Assembly: GCA_051294905.1 (NCBI GenBank)
Contig: CM119371.1
Span: 35,280,001 to 35,344,000 of the forward strand
From: Botryllus schlosseri
Taxonomy: Eukaryota
Length of the DNA: 64,000 bases
Reading direction: 5' to 3'
Part shown: in pieces, positions 62,280 through 64,000 of the stretch
Numbering within the stretch: the first letter of the stretch is position 1
Layout: each line of letters opens with the position of its first letter
The notes under the pieces: model-generated
The model's database searches: none
Told to the model about the DNA's origin: nothing
What the model saw: only the letters and a program-made list of their open reading frames with translations
Position numbers and translations under genes: made by a program

Positions 62280-63237
62280 GGGGAGATGTGGTACCGATGG
62301 ATCACTGGGACCGAAAATACTTGAGAAATTCTCCATGATAATTCCATGATTTCACTCCGTGAATTTGTCTACAATTGCATGCTGGCAGAATCTTTCCTCA
62401 CATGCAAAAAAATTCGACCTGCGTGAGTTATGGGGTCTGTGACGAATGATTTACGTTTTAGGGGGTGTGAAGTAAATTTCGATCGACATTTGCATTTTTC
62501 TATATCATCTTTCAGACTAACAAACCCGCCATAATTTTTGATGTGAAGTATAGGGCTTGTATCAGGCTATATAATGGCACATATTTTTTTATTCAATACC
62601 ATCCTCGAGTGGACTATTTTCAAGTCAATTACAATATTTATGGGGTGGGGACCTATGGTACCATGGCAAAATCAAGCAAAATAGATGGACCAACTAATCA
62701 CTTAGCAACAGAAACTCGCCTACATATATATAGGCTGTAAATCATAGTTACCTGTGGTGTTTTATCGCTATTACGAGGTATTTTAAAGTCAAAATGTCGA
62801 TTTGCGGGTAATATGTATGTGGTATTAATTTTGTAAATTTTAGCGTAAATTAAAACAAGATTTTATCCCAACATTTGAGTTGATATAATCTATTTTATTC
62901 TTGAAGGTCGCGACGAAACATTCTTCATTGACTTGCGGTAGCTTAGCTTATAGTACACAAAACAAGTAAACTAATTTGAATTTTTGAGCGTGTGTCTCAT
63001 AGGTCCCATGGTCGTGTGCCTTCGGACCCACCGGGTGGGGACCGATGACACGTTCGAGCAACAAATTTTAAACGTTCATAAATATTTTTTGAAAAGACGG
63101 ATATTCATGTAAATGTCTGCAATAGGTAGAGCTTGTATCGAAGTGTTGAGACAGCAAAAGATCTGCTATTCTCGGCTGAAGATTTGAGGGCCAGAGATCA
63201 TTTTGCAATTTTTGATCCATCGGTACCACATCTCCCC
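62280..63237. mobile_element. Tc1/mariner-pogo-like MITE
   Basis: Perfect 25-bp TIR ggggagatgtggtaccgatggatca / tgatccatcggtaccacatctcccc flanked by TA on both sides. Confidence 0.88.
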
Positions 63238-63704
63238 TACTCAAGACCGTAACAACACTTCGTTAGCGCACACCTAGGCAAACTGCACACCACGGGCTAA
63301 ATGCGGCCCGTGACAAGTTGCTTGGAAATTCGAATATGTGGCATACTTTTAAATGTAAAAAGGTAATGTAAAACCATATAGGCTGTGTAAACTGAACCGG
63401 AAATATGTGTCTATGAAACATGTTCGTTTATGTGCTGTTATAGTGAGTGGCCTACGTACATATCCTCGCTTACTGATGATCATCTGTAAGCTCTGCTTCA
63501 CATATCAACTTCATATACTCAGACCAACTTTAGGGCACCCAACAGATGCAATATGTCTCTCACTAAATAAGACTGTAGGACACCGACATACGCGCTCATT
63601 TTACTTTTCTTATGCAAAACGTGGCCGTTTGACAATCATAATATGACATATCTCTGTCATCATATTTGAATTGCATCCTGGTATCTTAATAGAAAGAGGT
63701 GTCT

Positions 63705-63805
63705 ATCCATCCATCCATATGTCCGTCCGTCCGCCCGTCCGTCCATCCGTTCGTTCGTTCGTCCGTGCATCCACCCATCCACCGACCCAACCATCCACCC
63801 ATCCT
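63705..63805. repeat. Compound tetranucleotide microsatellite (ccat/ccgt/tcgt)n
   Basis: Directly visible. Confidence 0.85.
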
Positions 63806-64000
63806 TAGAAATATCTACAGCACTATTGGGGCAAGCTGACTGCATTATAGGTCTCGAAAAAGATTCGCAACTTCACGACTTGCTGTGACAATGACAGGAC
63901 ATCGCTGCCCCATAATTCGACAGTTCCTCGTCGAGCGCTTCTGTAGTCTCACCACCATTTTCTTGTTGTTTGTGACATTCATGGTGTTTGTCGACTACTA

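Overview
Eukaryotic (most likely invertebrate animal) genomic DNA, AT-rich, with no rRNA, tRNA or CRISPR that I can support. The central ~39 kb (15.2-53.9 kb) is a head-to-tail cluster of C2H2 zinc-finger arrays, all on the + strand and each uninterrupted by introns. Six have long open frames (8-16 fingers) and at least six more are truncated or frameshifted remnants. The fingers use a non-canonical linker (HAGIKNHxC / HAGVTNHxC instead of HTGEKPYxC), carry no recognisable effector domain, and vary mainly at the DNA-contacting helix positions. They show intra- and inter-gene finger-block shuffling and often end in a C2HC finger. The arrays are preceded by a conserved putative splice acceptor and followed by a conserved spacer that, read across frameshifts, looks like a decayed hAT transposase C-terminus. 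The repeating unit therefore appears to be [acceptor]-[ZF array]-[hAT relic]. The flanks and spacers are packed with non-autonomous DNA transposons (hAT/Charlie-like, piggyBac-like, Tc1/mariner-pogo-like, Sola-like, a 1-kb foldback). Many have readable TIRs and target-site duplications, and there is a four-level nest at 4.4-11 kb. Coordinates were counted by hand. Family assignments come from terminal motifs and remembered protein motifs, not from database searches.
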